NCBI GenBank assembly: GCA_016748015.1
Contig: JAAOMT010000529.1
Span: 66,848 to 130,847, forward strand
From: Geosiphon pyriformis uo1
Taxonomy: Eukaryota; Fungi; Glomeromycota
Direction of reading: 5' to 3'
Length of the DNA: 64,000 bases
The notes under the pieces are model-generated. The model did not search any database and had not been told where the DNA came from. It saw only the letters and a list, made by a program, of their open reading frames with translations. Shown here one piece after another: positions 27,330 through 39,080 of the stretch (positions are counted from its first letter, which is position 1; each line of letters starts with the position of its first letter). A program made the translations under genes and the position numbers.

Positions 27330-27790
27330 CTTTGAAGTGCTCACACATAGCTGGAGTTCTAATGTGTTGGCCATTTTGGCTAAGCTGGAGTTCTTGTGTG
27401 GTCCAGTCTAAGATGGCATTGGTCTTGGACAGCCAATCATTCCCAATCAAAGCTTGGTATTGGGTGGCTTTCATGACCAATATCTTGATAGATGTAATAA
27501 GGCCACTGATTTCAAATGGAAAGTCGTCAATTTTGCTAATTGGGGTTTTGGTTGCTCTATCAGCAGTGATAATTCTTGCACTGGCAGCTCAGTCAACTCT
27601 GCAACCTAATTGGTCCATGAGTTGCCATGTGATGATGCTGCCAGCTGATCCACTATCTAAGATTAGCTTGATAAAATGACCATCAACTTTTGCATCAGTG
27701 TACATAGTAGTGATGGGTTTTTCCTCAAATGCGGCTCCACTGAATAATGGTGTTATTGATGGTGCTTCGAGTTCAAATAGAAAGATTGCT
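27330..27790 (-). pseudogene. Gypsy aspartic protease
   Basis: KLILDSGSAGSII catalytic motif and YQALIGNDWL C-terminal motif. Confidence 0.9.
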
Positions 27791-27815
27791 GCCAATAATT
27801 TATTATTGGTAATGA

Positions 27816-28798
27816 TGTTACTGGAGGTTTTTGGTCTCTTCTTAGTTCTTATAAGTTTGTTGTAATGCTGTTAATTCATGATTATGGGAAGTGTTTGAAC
27901 CTTTGATAACTGAATTTATCTTCAAATTATCTCTTATAATTTAAACTGCTGGGCTTATAAGTGGAATGGCCAATTCCATGTCAATTACTTTATATAGTTA
28001 CATTGTAGTAAATGTCAACTTTTTTCCAGGAATTGCTTATCTGGGAGCTCATTAAGATGTATAGTTACTTTGCTGTAAAAGTCAACTCTTCTACAGGAAT
28101 TCTTATCTGTAGGCTACTTGAATGATTTATAATAAGAAAAGAAAGAGAATAAAAGAAATGTAAAAGAAAAAGTAAAACTGATAATTTATGGAGTCGTTTC
28201 AGATCCAGACCTGGAAGTGCTTTAACAGTCTACTGAAATTGGTAGCTAATCAATTTCAAACTGTTAGTAAGAATTGGTTAATTTCAAGGGAAATAATTAA
28301 GAATTTGGCTTTTTAAATTTATTTGATATTTATTTTGTTTTTGTGTGTAAAGAATGATTCTAATTCTTAAATCTGAAATAAGATACATTTTCTCAAAAAA
28401 AGAAGCTCTTCTTTTATACAACTTGTTATAACACTATTCTATGAACTTGAACTTTGCTCTTTTCTACAATTTTGCTGAACTAAAGATACATTTTGGCAAA
28501 CTACAAGTTATTTCTGCGAACTATTAAATATTTCAGTAAACTATCAATTATTTTGGCAAATTTCTCCAAATTTCAGCAAACTTTTGAATGTTACATATTT
28601 TGGGGTATTGCATGATTGATTATTGCACTTAGGTTATATTTGTGGTATGTACAAATTGGGTTATTAATTAAATGATAATTTCGGATATTTTGCTAATGTA
28701 ATAAGTAATAATTTGAAATGATAATATATGCTAATTAATGATAAGATTTATAAGGGTAATTTTATGCTAAACAATATCTCTAATTTTGTCTGGTAACA
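27816..28798 (-). mobile_element. Solo LTR (family B, 983 bp) inserted at the gag/protease junction
   Basis: TGTTAC...GTAACA termini and a 4-bp TSD ATGA/ATGG. Removing it restores the host frame NIPPAT-I-TNNKLLAAIF. TATAAAA on the minus strand near 28415. Confidence 0.88.
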
Positions 28799-31003
28799 AT
28801 GGTTGCTGGTGGAATATTGTTGGTAAGTGTTGTTGGTGGTTGATTTGATTCTGAGTTGTTGAAGATGGCGTCTTTTGGGATAACCAGGAGACTTAAATAG
28901 TTCTGGGAATTCAGGTTCTAGGTGTGACTGGTGCCCGAATTCCAAGATCATGACCCTAATGGTGGGGTTGATAAGCTGGGGATCAGTTGGTAGACAACCA
29001 TTGCTGATTTCCAGTTTTGGGTGACTCTTGATCTGGGGTTTCCTAATGTTATCTAAGCGAGGTTTGATAGTGATGTTTGTACTGCAGTTGGTTGATATAT
29101 TATTTGTGGCTGCAGCTAATACATTGTTTGTGGCTACAGTTGATAAATGGCTGGTGGTTGATAGACTGGAGTTTGATATATTGACGGTTGATATATTGGC
29201 TGTTGCATCATTGGTAGATAAGAGTGTTGACTTTAATTTTGTTGATATCTCGGAGTTTGAAACTGGCGATCGGGATTTCTATATTGATTTCCTGATCATT
29301 GGTTATTTAAATGGGTATGGTAGTCAATTTGTAGGTGTTTTTGTCTTCCACAATAGTGGCACACATGTGTTTTTTGTTGCCACTGTGGATTGGTTGATGA
29401 GAATGGACACAACTAATTCTAGAAACAATTGGCATTTTCCTGATTATTGCATCATTGTGGAGGTTGATAAATTGTCTAATTGTCAGCTAAGTATTTCTTG
29501 ATTTTCTGGTTGATAGAATTACTGATTTGCTTCAATTTGGAATCCAAATCAGATGATTCATTCATCACTAGATTTACAGCTTGGGTGTGATTGGCTTCTA
29601 GCTCAGCTGCTTCAAAATCTCTAGTTTGAGTGACTGTGATAAGGAGGTCAACTGGATGCATTGGGCATACTCATTGAAGAATGCTGCTGCATAGTCTTCT
29701 AATGAACTGGTTCAAGATCTGTGATGCTGTAAAGTAATCAGCTTGGATTGCTTGAATATGGTGCAGATTTCTATAGAAACATCCCAAATAAGTGGTGACT
29801 GCTTCTGTGTCTCCTTGTTTGATGGTGGTGAATGTGTTGGTCAAGTGATTGATACTATTGTTATTACTAAAGTATCTCAAGAATTCTGTTTTAAACTCAT
29901 TGAAGGTTTGTAGTTTGGTGACTAGGCTTTGATACCATGAGTTGGCGGTATTTTTGAGAAAATAGGAGATCACTTGAAGGGCTCTACTGTTGTTCCATTT
30001 GTTGACCACTATGGCTTTTCAACATTGTTGAGCCATATTTGGGCGTCATTCTCTTTGTCAGTAAAATTGTCAAGTTTTGCAATTGGTGTGTAGGCCATTG
30101 GATCTAAGTTGGGTTGTTGTGGTGGTAGTTGAAGTGGTTGTTGTTGCACAGATTGTTGGGGTAATAGTTGAAGTGGCTGCTATATGAGTTTAGCTATTGG
30201 ATTAATTAGTGGTTGATCAATAATAATTATCAGTGGTAAGTTTGGTTGATCAATTAGATTGGAGTTTCAATTATCCTAAGTTGGCAATGTCTGAATATTC
30301 AGAGTTTCGATTTCTGGATTTTTTGGATTTAAATTTTTTTGGATTTGAAGATTCGGGGTTCCAAATTTCGGGTTTTCAACAATCGGGTTCTGATAAGTGA
30401 ATTCTTGATCTTCAGCTTTTTCTTCTTCCTTTGTTTACTTTGGAATGGGAATTGTCCAAATGTTGATGTCATGTTTGATGTGGCTGCGTCAGTAGATGTA
30501 ATATTAATGGTGCTTCCAGATGTATAGTGATATAATAGATTAGTTAGAGACTCAACTTTTGTTTTCTTTCAAGTAGGTGGTTGTATTTTTTTGGGTGTTA
30601 CTGCTGGTGTTTGCAGTTTTCTTTTGCCTTTGTTTGTGTAAGTAATGGGGTATTTTTGCTGTGTGTAGTGTTCAATTTCTTTGTTGATTTCCATAATAAT
30701 AGAGGCAAAATTGTGATTTGTTGGCAGGTTAGTATTTTGAATTAATTCACTATAAAAGGCCTCTCTTGCCAATTCAATATTTACTGGTGTTCTTAACAGA
30801 TGGGCAATTCTTTTGTTGACATAGAAATGAAAGGTAATTTTACTGATATGTGGTTGTGATTTAATTCCAAATGTTGACAGTAGTGTTGAAATAAGAATTT
30901 TGCGAATCCTAAATAGTTTGCTTCTATGTTTTCTGATTCTGCCACTTTTAGATTTGTGTTGGTGCTGGTTCTCTGTAGGATTATATCTCACAAGGAGCAC
31001 CAA
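28799..31003 (-). pseudogene. Gypsy gag (retrotransposon gag core and a decayed CCHC knuckle)
   Basis: WNNSRALQVISYFLKNTANSWYQSL..FKTEFLRYF..IKQGDTEAVTTY; knuckle CHYCGRQKHLQIDY at ~29320-29365. Confidence 0.85.
30987..31002 (-). promoter_or_regulatory. Primer-binding site TGGTGCTCCTTGTGAG
   Basis: TGG-initiated sequence 2 nt inside the 5' LTR, complementary to a tRNA 3' end ...CUCACAAGGAGCACCA. Confidence 0.8.
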
Positions 31004-31004
31004 A

Positions 31005-31876
31005 TGTTACAGGTGACTATTTCTGGTGTTGAATTAAATAACAAACCTGTAACTTGGTGCTCAAATCTAGTTGTAGTTGATAGTAATCTGAAGGTTTGTG
31101 TCTAAAAAGTTTGTATCCGAAGGGTTTGGTTGAGTTCTTTGTATAGTGAACAGAGATTCAATGGTAATAGTTTTATCCATAGCTTCCCGAAACCACAGTT
31201 TCATCAATTTTTTTCTCAGCTTGATGGCCAGTATTCCTCCTGGTAAGCTATCCTCAATCGAGTGTTCCACTCTTATTTCTGGGTCTTTTACCAGTTACGT
31301 TTATCTTGACATCAGTACTCTGTGTGTTAATTCTTAATAGAGTTAATAAACAACAATAAAATCAAAGCAAGAAATAAAGAAAAAAAAAGAAAATAAAAAA
31401 AGAAAAGAAATAAGCCAAGACAATTTGCAAGTTAGAATTCCATTAATAGTCATAATTAAGAGCTATTGTTCCAGTATGGTTAAGTATTAATTACTATCAA
31501 CATGAAGTGTTGATAGTAACAGCAGGTTTGAAATAACAAACAGTTATTTATTTGTGATTTTTGAAAATTGTCTAGATGAAATCTAAACTGAGAGGTTTGT
31601 CTTTTTAGTTTCTAATCCTACTGCTATATATACATAATTGAGATTTCTCAATTCCTCAATTCTTCACAACAGGAATTCTGAGATTCCTGGAATCTTGTAA
31701 TTCCTTTGAAAGGAATCTTGGAATTCTGGAATTCTGCGATTCCTTGTGAGAATTCTGTAATTCCTCAAATCCTGCAATTCCTAAAAGAAATTCTGGAATT
31801 CCACATTTTACTACATCTACTTTTGATTGGTTAATAACTATGTTAATATATATTTCCTATATTTTTATGAGTAACA
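31005..31876 (-). repeat. 5' LTR of the gypsy element
   Basis: TGTTACAG...GAGTAACA termini. On the minus strand: CCAAT (~31828), tandem repeats, TATATA (~31630) and AATAAA (~31548). Confidence 0.93.
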
Positions 31877-31880
31877 GCAT

Positions 31881-34800
31881 GGTTAAGACAATTGATTATG
31901 TGCTTATTTCTTCAAACTTGGTCAATGCAGTGATAAGTCATGGTGTGTTTGGAGTTGAAGATTATTTTGATACTGATTATCAAGTAGTCTCAGTGTTAGT
32001 GGGTTTGGGTGGTCTGCTTGATGTTTGATTAAATTCTATTCACAAGCAGGCAAATAAAGATTGTTGGAAGTATGATTGTAAAGGTACAAGTGCTATTAAG
32101 TAGGCCAAGTTTAAGGATGATACAGCAACGAATTCAGCTATGTTTCATGATAAGTTTCTTGCAGCCAAAATGCACTTGGATTTGGATGTGATGTGGGCTG
32201 TTTTCTGTAAAGTATTGTATCTGTCAGCTGAGGCAGTTTTTAAAAAGAAATGGTTCAAAGACTATAATCATGTTTTTGTTAGGAAGTCATCCAAGTTTCA
32301 CAAGCTGGAGCTCTTAGTGTTGAAGCTAATTAAAGCATCTTGCTTGGATTTTTTTGGAAAATTTACATTCTTACTTGATAAGTGAGAAAGTTTGGATTCA
32401 GTTAATGTGTCTGTGGTAAAATCTCTTTTTTTGTCAGGTTCTTCCTTTAATGCCATTTGGTTAGTTTTGTCCAAGGTTAGAAAGTCATATTGCTCTTCCA
32501 AAATGTTGGAAGCAGTAAATATTAAGGAATCTAGAATCAGATTAGCAATAGATAAGAGGATAGAAAATTTCGAATTGAACAAAAGTCATACTATTAAGAG
32601 TGTACTAGAACATCTCTTTTGCAAAGTGACTTTAGACCATTTGGTCATGAATAATGAATTGGTTTTGGAACCTGATCTTGTTAGAACTAAAGTGGATGTA
32701 ATTATTGAAGGATAGACTAAGAAGTGTGACATGGTTTCTGGTGTCCTTGATGTGTGGCGTTGCCAATATCAGCCTTTGAAATATGTTTTTGATGAAGTTT
32801 TCTCTGGCATGATGTGCTCAATTGACTTTGATGAGATGTCTGATGTCATTTCAAATCTGCCTGATGAGAAAGCAGCTGGTCTCTCTAGTATATCAAATGA
32901 ATTATAGAAGCATTGTGACAGATCAGTTTTGGATATGCTGTTGGTTTTTTTAAATTCTTGCTTGAACTGTGAATCTGTTCCTGGAGCTTGGAAGGAGGCC
33001 TGGATGTCGATGATCCCCAAACCATATAAGTGGGAAAGCGTTTTCACAAACATCCATCTTATTGTATTAATTAAAACGGCTTGTAAAATTCTTTCCAAAA
33101 TTTTTTTGAACAGGATTTCTTTTGCATGCAGTAGATTTGATGTTCTTAGAGAGGATAATTTTTCTGTTTTAAAAGATATGACCACATAGTCTCTTATTTT
33201 CACTATTAAATCAGTTGTTAAGGGTGCTTTGAAAAAGAACTGTGAACTGTAGTTGGTCTTACAGGACATGCAAAAAACTTATGATTCTGTTGGCTGGGAG
33301 CATCTGAGAGTAAGTTTAGTTAGAATAAAGATGTGTAACAGATTTATTCGGTTTTTTGGTGGTATCTACAATGGTTGGGTCAACAGAGTTATAACAAATT
33401 TTGGGCTAACCAATGGGTATCAGATGCATGATGATTTAGACCAAAGTAAGGTGTTTTCGCCTCTTTTTTAACACATATTTTATGATCCTTTTTTGTGTAA
33501 GGTCAAAAGACAAGAAAGTGTGTGTGGATACAGATTGGATTCTTACTTTGTGACCAGGACTAGTTGCTCTGAATCTCGAGCTGATTTGACTTTTTTTCTT
33601 GCTGCTGGTGCCTTTGTTGATGACACAATTTGGGTTGGTAGCAGCCAGGCCACTATGCAATATATTCTCAATGTAGCTAGCAAATTTTTTTGGATCAATA
33701 ATATTTTGATCAATAATAATAAAACGGTGGCCATTCCCATTAATTGTAGAGTTTCTGACCCTTGTTTGCTGATCAGTGGTTTGTCTATTTCAATAGCCAA
33801 GAAGAGGAAACCTCATCAGTACCTGGGAATTTTTTTATCTACTGAGGGTTTGTCAAAGCCTAGCTTAGCTAGGGCTCAATTGGATGTCCAGTTTTTCACC
33901 AATTTTGTGCTGAAAAAAACTATCTCTGACAAGCAGTTTTCATATTTGGTGTCAGTGGTTTTTCATCTTATTGTTGCTTATAAGACTCAGTTCAGTTTTG
34001 CTTCTCTCAATATGTGTGTGAAGTGGGACACTATGATTTGCAAGGGTTTAAAATTCAAATCTGGCTTGCTGTTCAACTTTCTCAATTATGCAATTCACCA
34101 CTCTTTTCTGTATGATTTGAAATCTTTTGAGCAGGTTCAGGCTGAAAACAAGTCAACTTCTGTTGTCAGTTTTGCCAATTCTGTTGGTATCCTAGGCCAT
34201 TTGTTTGTGCATAAATTACATGACTTGCAAGTCCTCAGCTGGCGCCCTTGTCACCCCTTGCTTTACCTTACTCATATTAATATCAATCTTTTGGATAATT
34301 TTTTGGCTGGCATAGTTCGGATTTTTTTGGAGTGCGACCTATTCCTGAGCAGTCTTGTGACTAATGCTTTTTGTTTTCGAAATGGAACTCCTATGTCTGA
34401 TGTTCTTGGTGAACTCATCTTTCATTAATATGTTTTTTCACTTCGGCATTATGGAATTGCCTTTGTTGAACAGCTTCGCAATCGTGCTGGTTCTGTTTTC
34501 AAATGGAAAACTTTCAAGTGGTAGAAGAGATTGGATCCTCAGGACCCAATTCCTCATTGGTTTGATGTTTTTGTTCACTTTCTGAATAATTTTGGGTCAT
34601 CTTCTGTTTGTAATCTTCTGTTGCTGGAAGTTGGTTTGCCTAGTGTTCTTAAGTTTTGTGAATTTGAAGTTGTGTATAGTCATTTGTTGAAGGTTGATTC
34701 TGATCATCTTTTTTTGTTTATGGATGGTTTTCTGAATGGGCTAGATACTCTTGGTATAAAAGCTGGTGCTGTGGTTTTTTTTGAAGACATTAATTTGAAT

Positions 34801-35997
34801 TTGGGTGTAGAAGTGTCTGAATTGGTCTCTTCTACTATGACGGAGTTACAGGCCATAGCTCTGGTTCTCGAGTGTGTTCCTTCTTCTTGCTTGATCAATT
34901 TGTTCTTGAACAGCCAGACTGCTTTGGATGTGTGCAAATCTGAATTAAGATTAATTCGTCCAGATTTCAGGAATCAGTGTTGGATTGAGTGTTGCCACAT
35001 TGCTAATGTTATTCATCAGAAAAATTTGGATGTTAATTGGGTTAAAGTTAGAGGTCACTCTGGTGTGTTAGGCAATGAACAGGCTGATGCTTTCACTGGA
35101 GCTGCTGCATTATCTAATGTGCATCTTTTTCACATAATCAATGAACATTTTTTTAGGGCTGGTGGTGCTCCAGTGTCCAGTAATGCTAGACATTTTATTC
35201 ATGGTGTCTTCCAATCAATTCACCGTGCATACTGGGAGGTTGGTTCTAATTCCTGGGTCTTGGTAAATAGTCTGCATGCTAATGTTGATTGGTTCAGGTC
35301 TTTTTTAGTGTGGCATCTGAATTTGCATTTGGCTGCTGGTTTCATCAGTACTCATACTGCTGGCCTTTGGATGTATTTTATGAAAACATTGCATCATCAT
35401 CTTCCGGTTGCTGTGCATAAGCGTCTTTATAATAGGGGTTATTTCAGTGTGATATGTTTATTTTGTAGTGACGTTGAGATTTCAGACCATGTGTTTTTAT
35501 GCCCATTTGATGTTGCTGGTCACACTCGATTGGTCGAAGTTCATGTATCTGTTTGGGAGGTGCATTCGGGGTTGTTTCGCTCCTCTTTGTGTGTTTTGTG
35601 ACTACTTTCTGATTGTATCTCTAATGTTGTTATTGGTGTGGCTCTGTGTAAGGGCTTTGTTTTCAATAAGTGGTATCGTGAATCTGTTGCTGTTTTTAAA
35701 GACTTTAAAATTGCAATCCAGAATATTGTGGCCTTTGTGTGTGAGTTTTGTCTTGTATTTCATAATGATATTTGGCTGGTGCATGCTAAACACTGGGCTG
35801 TTATGGAAAAGAATGGCATAATTCTGCATAATGGTTCTGTTCCTATCTCAGTCTCTGGTTTTTTTTCAGTGCTCTCAGCCAATGTGGTTAGGTTGTTGGG
35901 TATTGCAGATGTATTTGGTGTGGGTTTTGGGTTTCATAAGTCTTGTTTATTCTTTGCAGGTATCAGTGATGTGGTTTCAGTACATATAAGTACCTAG
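31881..35997 (+). pseudogene. LINE ORF2 3' part: endonuclease end, RT, RNase H and CCHC finger
   Basis: TIDYVLIS, MIPKP, LQDMQKTYDSVGW, AFVDDTIW, YLGI, FMDG..ELQAI..WVKVRGHSGVLGNEQAD and CLFCSDVEISDHVFLC motifs; many stops. Confidence 0.92.
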
Positions 35998-36489
35998 TGT
36001 TGTCCTGACTAGCTCGAGTGGCTGGTCACGTGTAAGAAATGCATGATTCACACCTAGTTTAGATTACTTGTATGATGTATTGTACTAGGCAGTGTTTGGA
36101 CCTCACTTATTAAATAAATAAATAAATAAAATATATATATGTAAGTTGTTAGTAGCAATAATATATTTATTAAAAAAATTAGAATTGTTTAAAATATTAA
36201 TATAATAACCAATTTTATGTAAAAAATATAAGCAATCTTGTCAAACAGAAAAATATTGTCAAATAACTTAAGACAAATTGAATATCGATGATACCATCCG
36301 TAACTCATTGTGAATCCTTTTAAAGGTTTATGAACACCATTTTGATTTAGAGTTTTAAGTAATGATTTCTTCAATGGAAGATCTGAATGAGATATGATTA
36401 TAATTAATTTTAATAAGGGAATATTAAATTCGGGGCTAAATTGTAAATAGCATTTGATATTGCATATAGACTAACTATAATTTTTTCTA

Positions 36490-36770
36490 GTAGCATGGAT
36501 TACTCGAGCAATATATTAGAGGGTATGCAATTATTAAATATCTTAGATATCTTAGATTTAGTCTATCTGCAAAAAATATATTTGGACTGATTCCATTAAA
36601 GTTTATTTGAAAGTGTTGGTATCCCAATCTATTAAATCACCTTAATGCTAAATATGTGTGTCTAAAGTTCAAATAATCAGTAAAAAAATAATTGCTAAAA
36701 ACCGATGAAACACTTAACAAGTCAATGACCATTTATCGAGGTGCAGTTTATTTATGTCGTGTTTAAGTTG
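36490..36770 (+). pseudogene. Possible ancient TKL kinase C-lobe remnant
   Basis: Translates to NILEGM, KCWYPNLLNHLNA (cf. KCWDVNPENRPNA) and IYRGAVYLCRV (cf. LHPGAVYTSRL), in the expected order. Confidence 0.45.
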
Positions 36771-37441
36771 CTGATAGGTTAAATATCAGATGATTCGTGT
36801 TTTTTATTTAATAAGTATTAATTATATATATTAGTCATTTTTGATATTGACATTGATGTGTCGCCCTTGTCTGGGAATTTTGAAACGCGATAAATCTTGA
36901 TAACAGTGTTGTAACTATTACTTTCCACCCAGGACTAGAATGAATTTAGATTTCTCAAAAATATAAAAGTTGTTAGGAAGTTTAGACTTAATAAAATCAT
37001 TTCAAAATTAGTAAATTAATATATAGTCATTAATAAAACTTTTTTATTTTAGTGTCATGAAGAGTTTCAGCAATTAAGTATTTTTCAGGCTTTATAGGAA
37101 GTTGTTGTAGTTCAATTTCTTTATTAAACAACAACAACAACAACAACAACAATAATAATAATAATAATAATAATAAAGATAAAAGACAATGTGACAATTG
37201 GAAACTTGTTTGGCGTCTTTCTTTTGTACTATAGCTACTTAAACCTATTCCGTATGATTTGTAGCGAGGTACAATCTGATGAATAAGGTTAACAAATTAG
37301 TTTATTAAGTATGTGAACACAAAGAAATAACATAAATACTAACTCTGCCTTTAGAAAATTACTTTTCAAACAAACATTTTTCATGTTAAAAACTCCTATT
37401 TGAATAATAGCCTATTCAATTCAATTTTCACAAAGTTAACC

Positions 37442-39080
37442 ATGGAAAATAAAGAAATTAAAAGAGATTGTCTAGAAACACATGATTGCAATGAGTGTGA
37501 ATCCTGTCAAGAGGGTATTCTAAATGAATGGAATAAGTGTGCGGCATGCCAGTTAATATTCTTAAAAAAACATTATAAAAACTTTTCAAGCGGCAATGAA
37601 GTAGTTGATGAAATAATTAAGAATCCAACCTATACTCTACCTGATGAGAATTCTAATAAATATCATGATAATTTGAATTACTATGAATGGATTCCATGGG
37701 AGATTTTGTTGAAAATCAACGAAATTGCTAAAGGAGGGTTTGGTATAATTTATAAAGCAATCCTAATTGATGGATTAATTGATATAGAAAGTATAAAACA
37801 TCATGGCTCAATGGAATATAAAACACGGGGAAAAGGGTATGTAGCAATAAAAATCATAAAAATGAACAGCTCAGAAGTGTTTAAAGAGGTAAACAAAACT
37901 ATTATAATTTATATTTATATAAAATTCATTTTTAATTAATTCATATTTACATATTATTTATTTATTTATTTACTTTTTTACACTGTGTTGATAGTTAAAT
38001 ATTCAAAGAACTATATATATTAATACGGGTGGGTATTCAAGTAAATGTATCTCGTCAATATGGGGGATTACGCAAAACCCTGAAACACTCGAGTATGGAA
38101 TTGTGATGGAGTTTGCCCAAGGAGGAGACATGCGAAAACATTTATCAACAAATTTTCAATTAATGAATTGGCTTGATAAGTTAGGGATCGCCCGTGATAT
38201 AGCTTATGGGCTTTCAAATATTCATTCTTCTGGTATGGTTCATCGTGACCTACACTCGGGCAACATCCTACAATTAAAAGGGTATGAAGTGAATATTGGA
38301 GACCTCGGATTATGTCGACAAGTAAACAATGAAGCAACAACAACAACAACAACAACAGACACAACAACAGCGACAGCAACAGAGAAGAAAAAAGAAATAT
38401 TTGGAGTCATTCCATACATTCCACCCGAAGTTTTAAGAGGAGAAAAGTTTACAATGGCTGGTGATATTTATAGTTATGGAATGTTATTATGGGAAATAGC
38501 AACAGGAAAGCCTCCTTTTCATGATCGTTCTCATGACCACTTTCTCGTGATGGATATTCTTTATAATGGTCTTAGACCCAAGATTACCTTCCCACTTATT
38601 CCACCTTCAATTGCCGAAATAATTGTAAAGTGTTGGGATGTTAATCCTGAGAATCGTCCTAATGCCAGAGAAATTTACGAGATGTTGATGAAGGAACCCG
38701 TTTCGACGTCCGAGTTAAGCGAATCAGATAAACACGCACAAGAAATGGCAGAAGGTGACGACTCAACAACAACAACAACAGCAAAAACGCCGCTTCATCC
38801 AGGAGCAGTTTATACAAGTCGTCTTTTAACTTTGCAAATAATTCAAGAGACAAAAGGTTAGTTATCTATTTTTGTATTGATTAATTTATTGATTTAATTA
38901 TTATACACTATATTAACAATATACTTGAATTTACTTTACTTTATAAAAGAATTAGTGTATTTGCCTGAAGGTAAGAAATTACATATATCATTAATTATTA
39001 ATAAAATTTATGCTCTGGTCTAACACTGCATTATTTTTACTATAAATTATATAATAGATCTAAGTACGTTAACTCTGTAA
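37442..39080 (+). CDS. Apparently intact TKL-type protein kinase (copy C); exons 37442-37888 and 37995-38856, probable micro-exons 38950-38970 and 39058-39080
   Basis: N-terminal Cys cluster, AKGGFG, VAIK, HRDLHSGNIL, IGDLGL, GVIPYIPPE and DIYSYG motifs. GT-AG introns keep frame. The last two exons (ELVYLPEDLSTLTL*) are inferred; the alternative is a stop at 38861. Confidence 0.88.

Larger units (their letters stand above)
20829..31876 (-). mobile_element. Full-length but mutationally inactivated Ty3/gypsy LTR retrotransposon (gag-PR-Cys-rich-dUTPase-RT-RH-IN-extra ORF)
   Basis: Two 872-bp TG..CA LTRs, TSD GCAT at 20825-20828 and 31877-31880, PBS and PPT, and RT-RH-IN domain order. Confidence 0.95.
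17071..36130 (+). mobile_element. Degenerate non-LTR (LINE) retrotransposon, ORF1 + APE-RT-RNaseH-CCHC ORF2, interrupted by the gypsy element at 20829-31876
   Basis: ORF1/ORF2 architecture. The endonuclease frame resumes exactly across the insertion (WSNF*G | MVKTIDYVLIS). 3' (TAAA)n tail at 36111-36130. The 5' boundary is approximate and no TSD was found. Confidence 0.9.

Noticed and set aside
31067-31270. 67-codon ORF within the LTR, open in both LTRs
   Set aside because: GTG start, short, no recognisable motif; shared openness is expected from LTR identity.
32000-35997. Stop-codon readthrough or an alternative genetic code suggested by in-frame TGA/TAG at Trp/Gln/Arg positions
   Set aside because: Host genes use the standard code without internal stops; the TE stops are explained by C>T and G>A decay.
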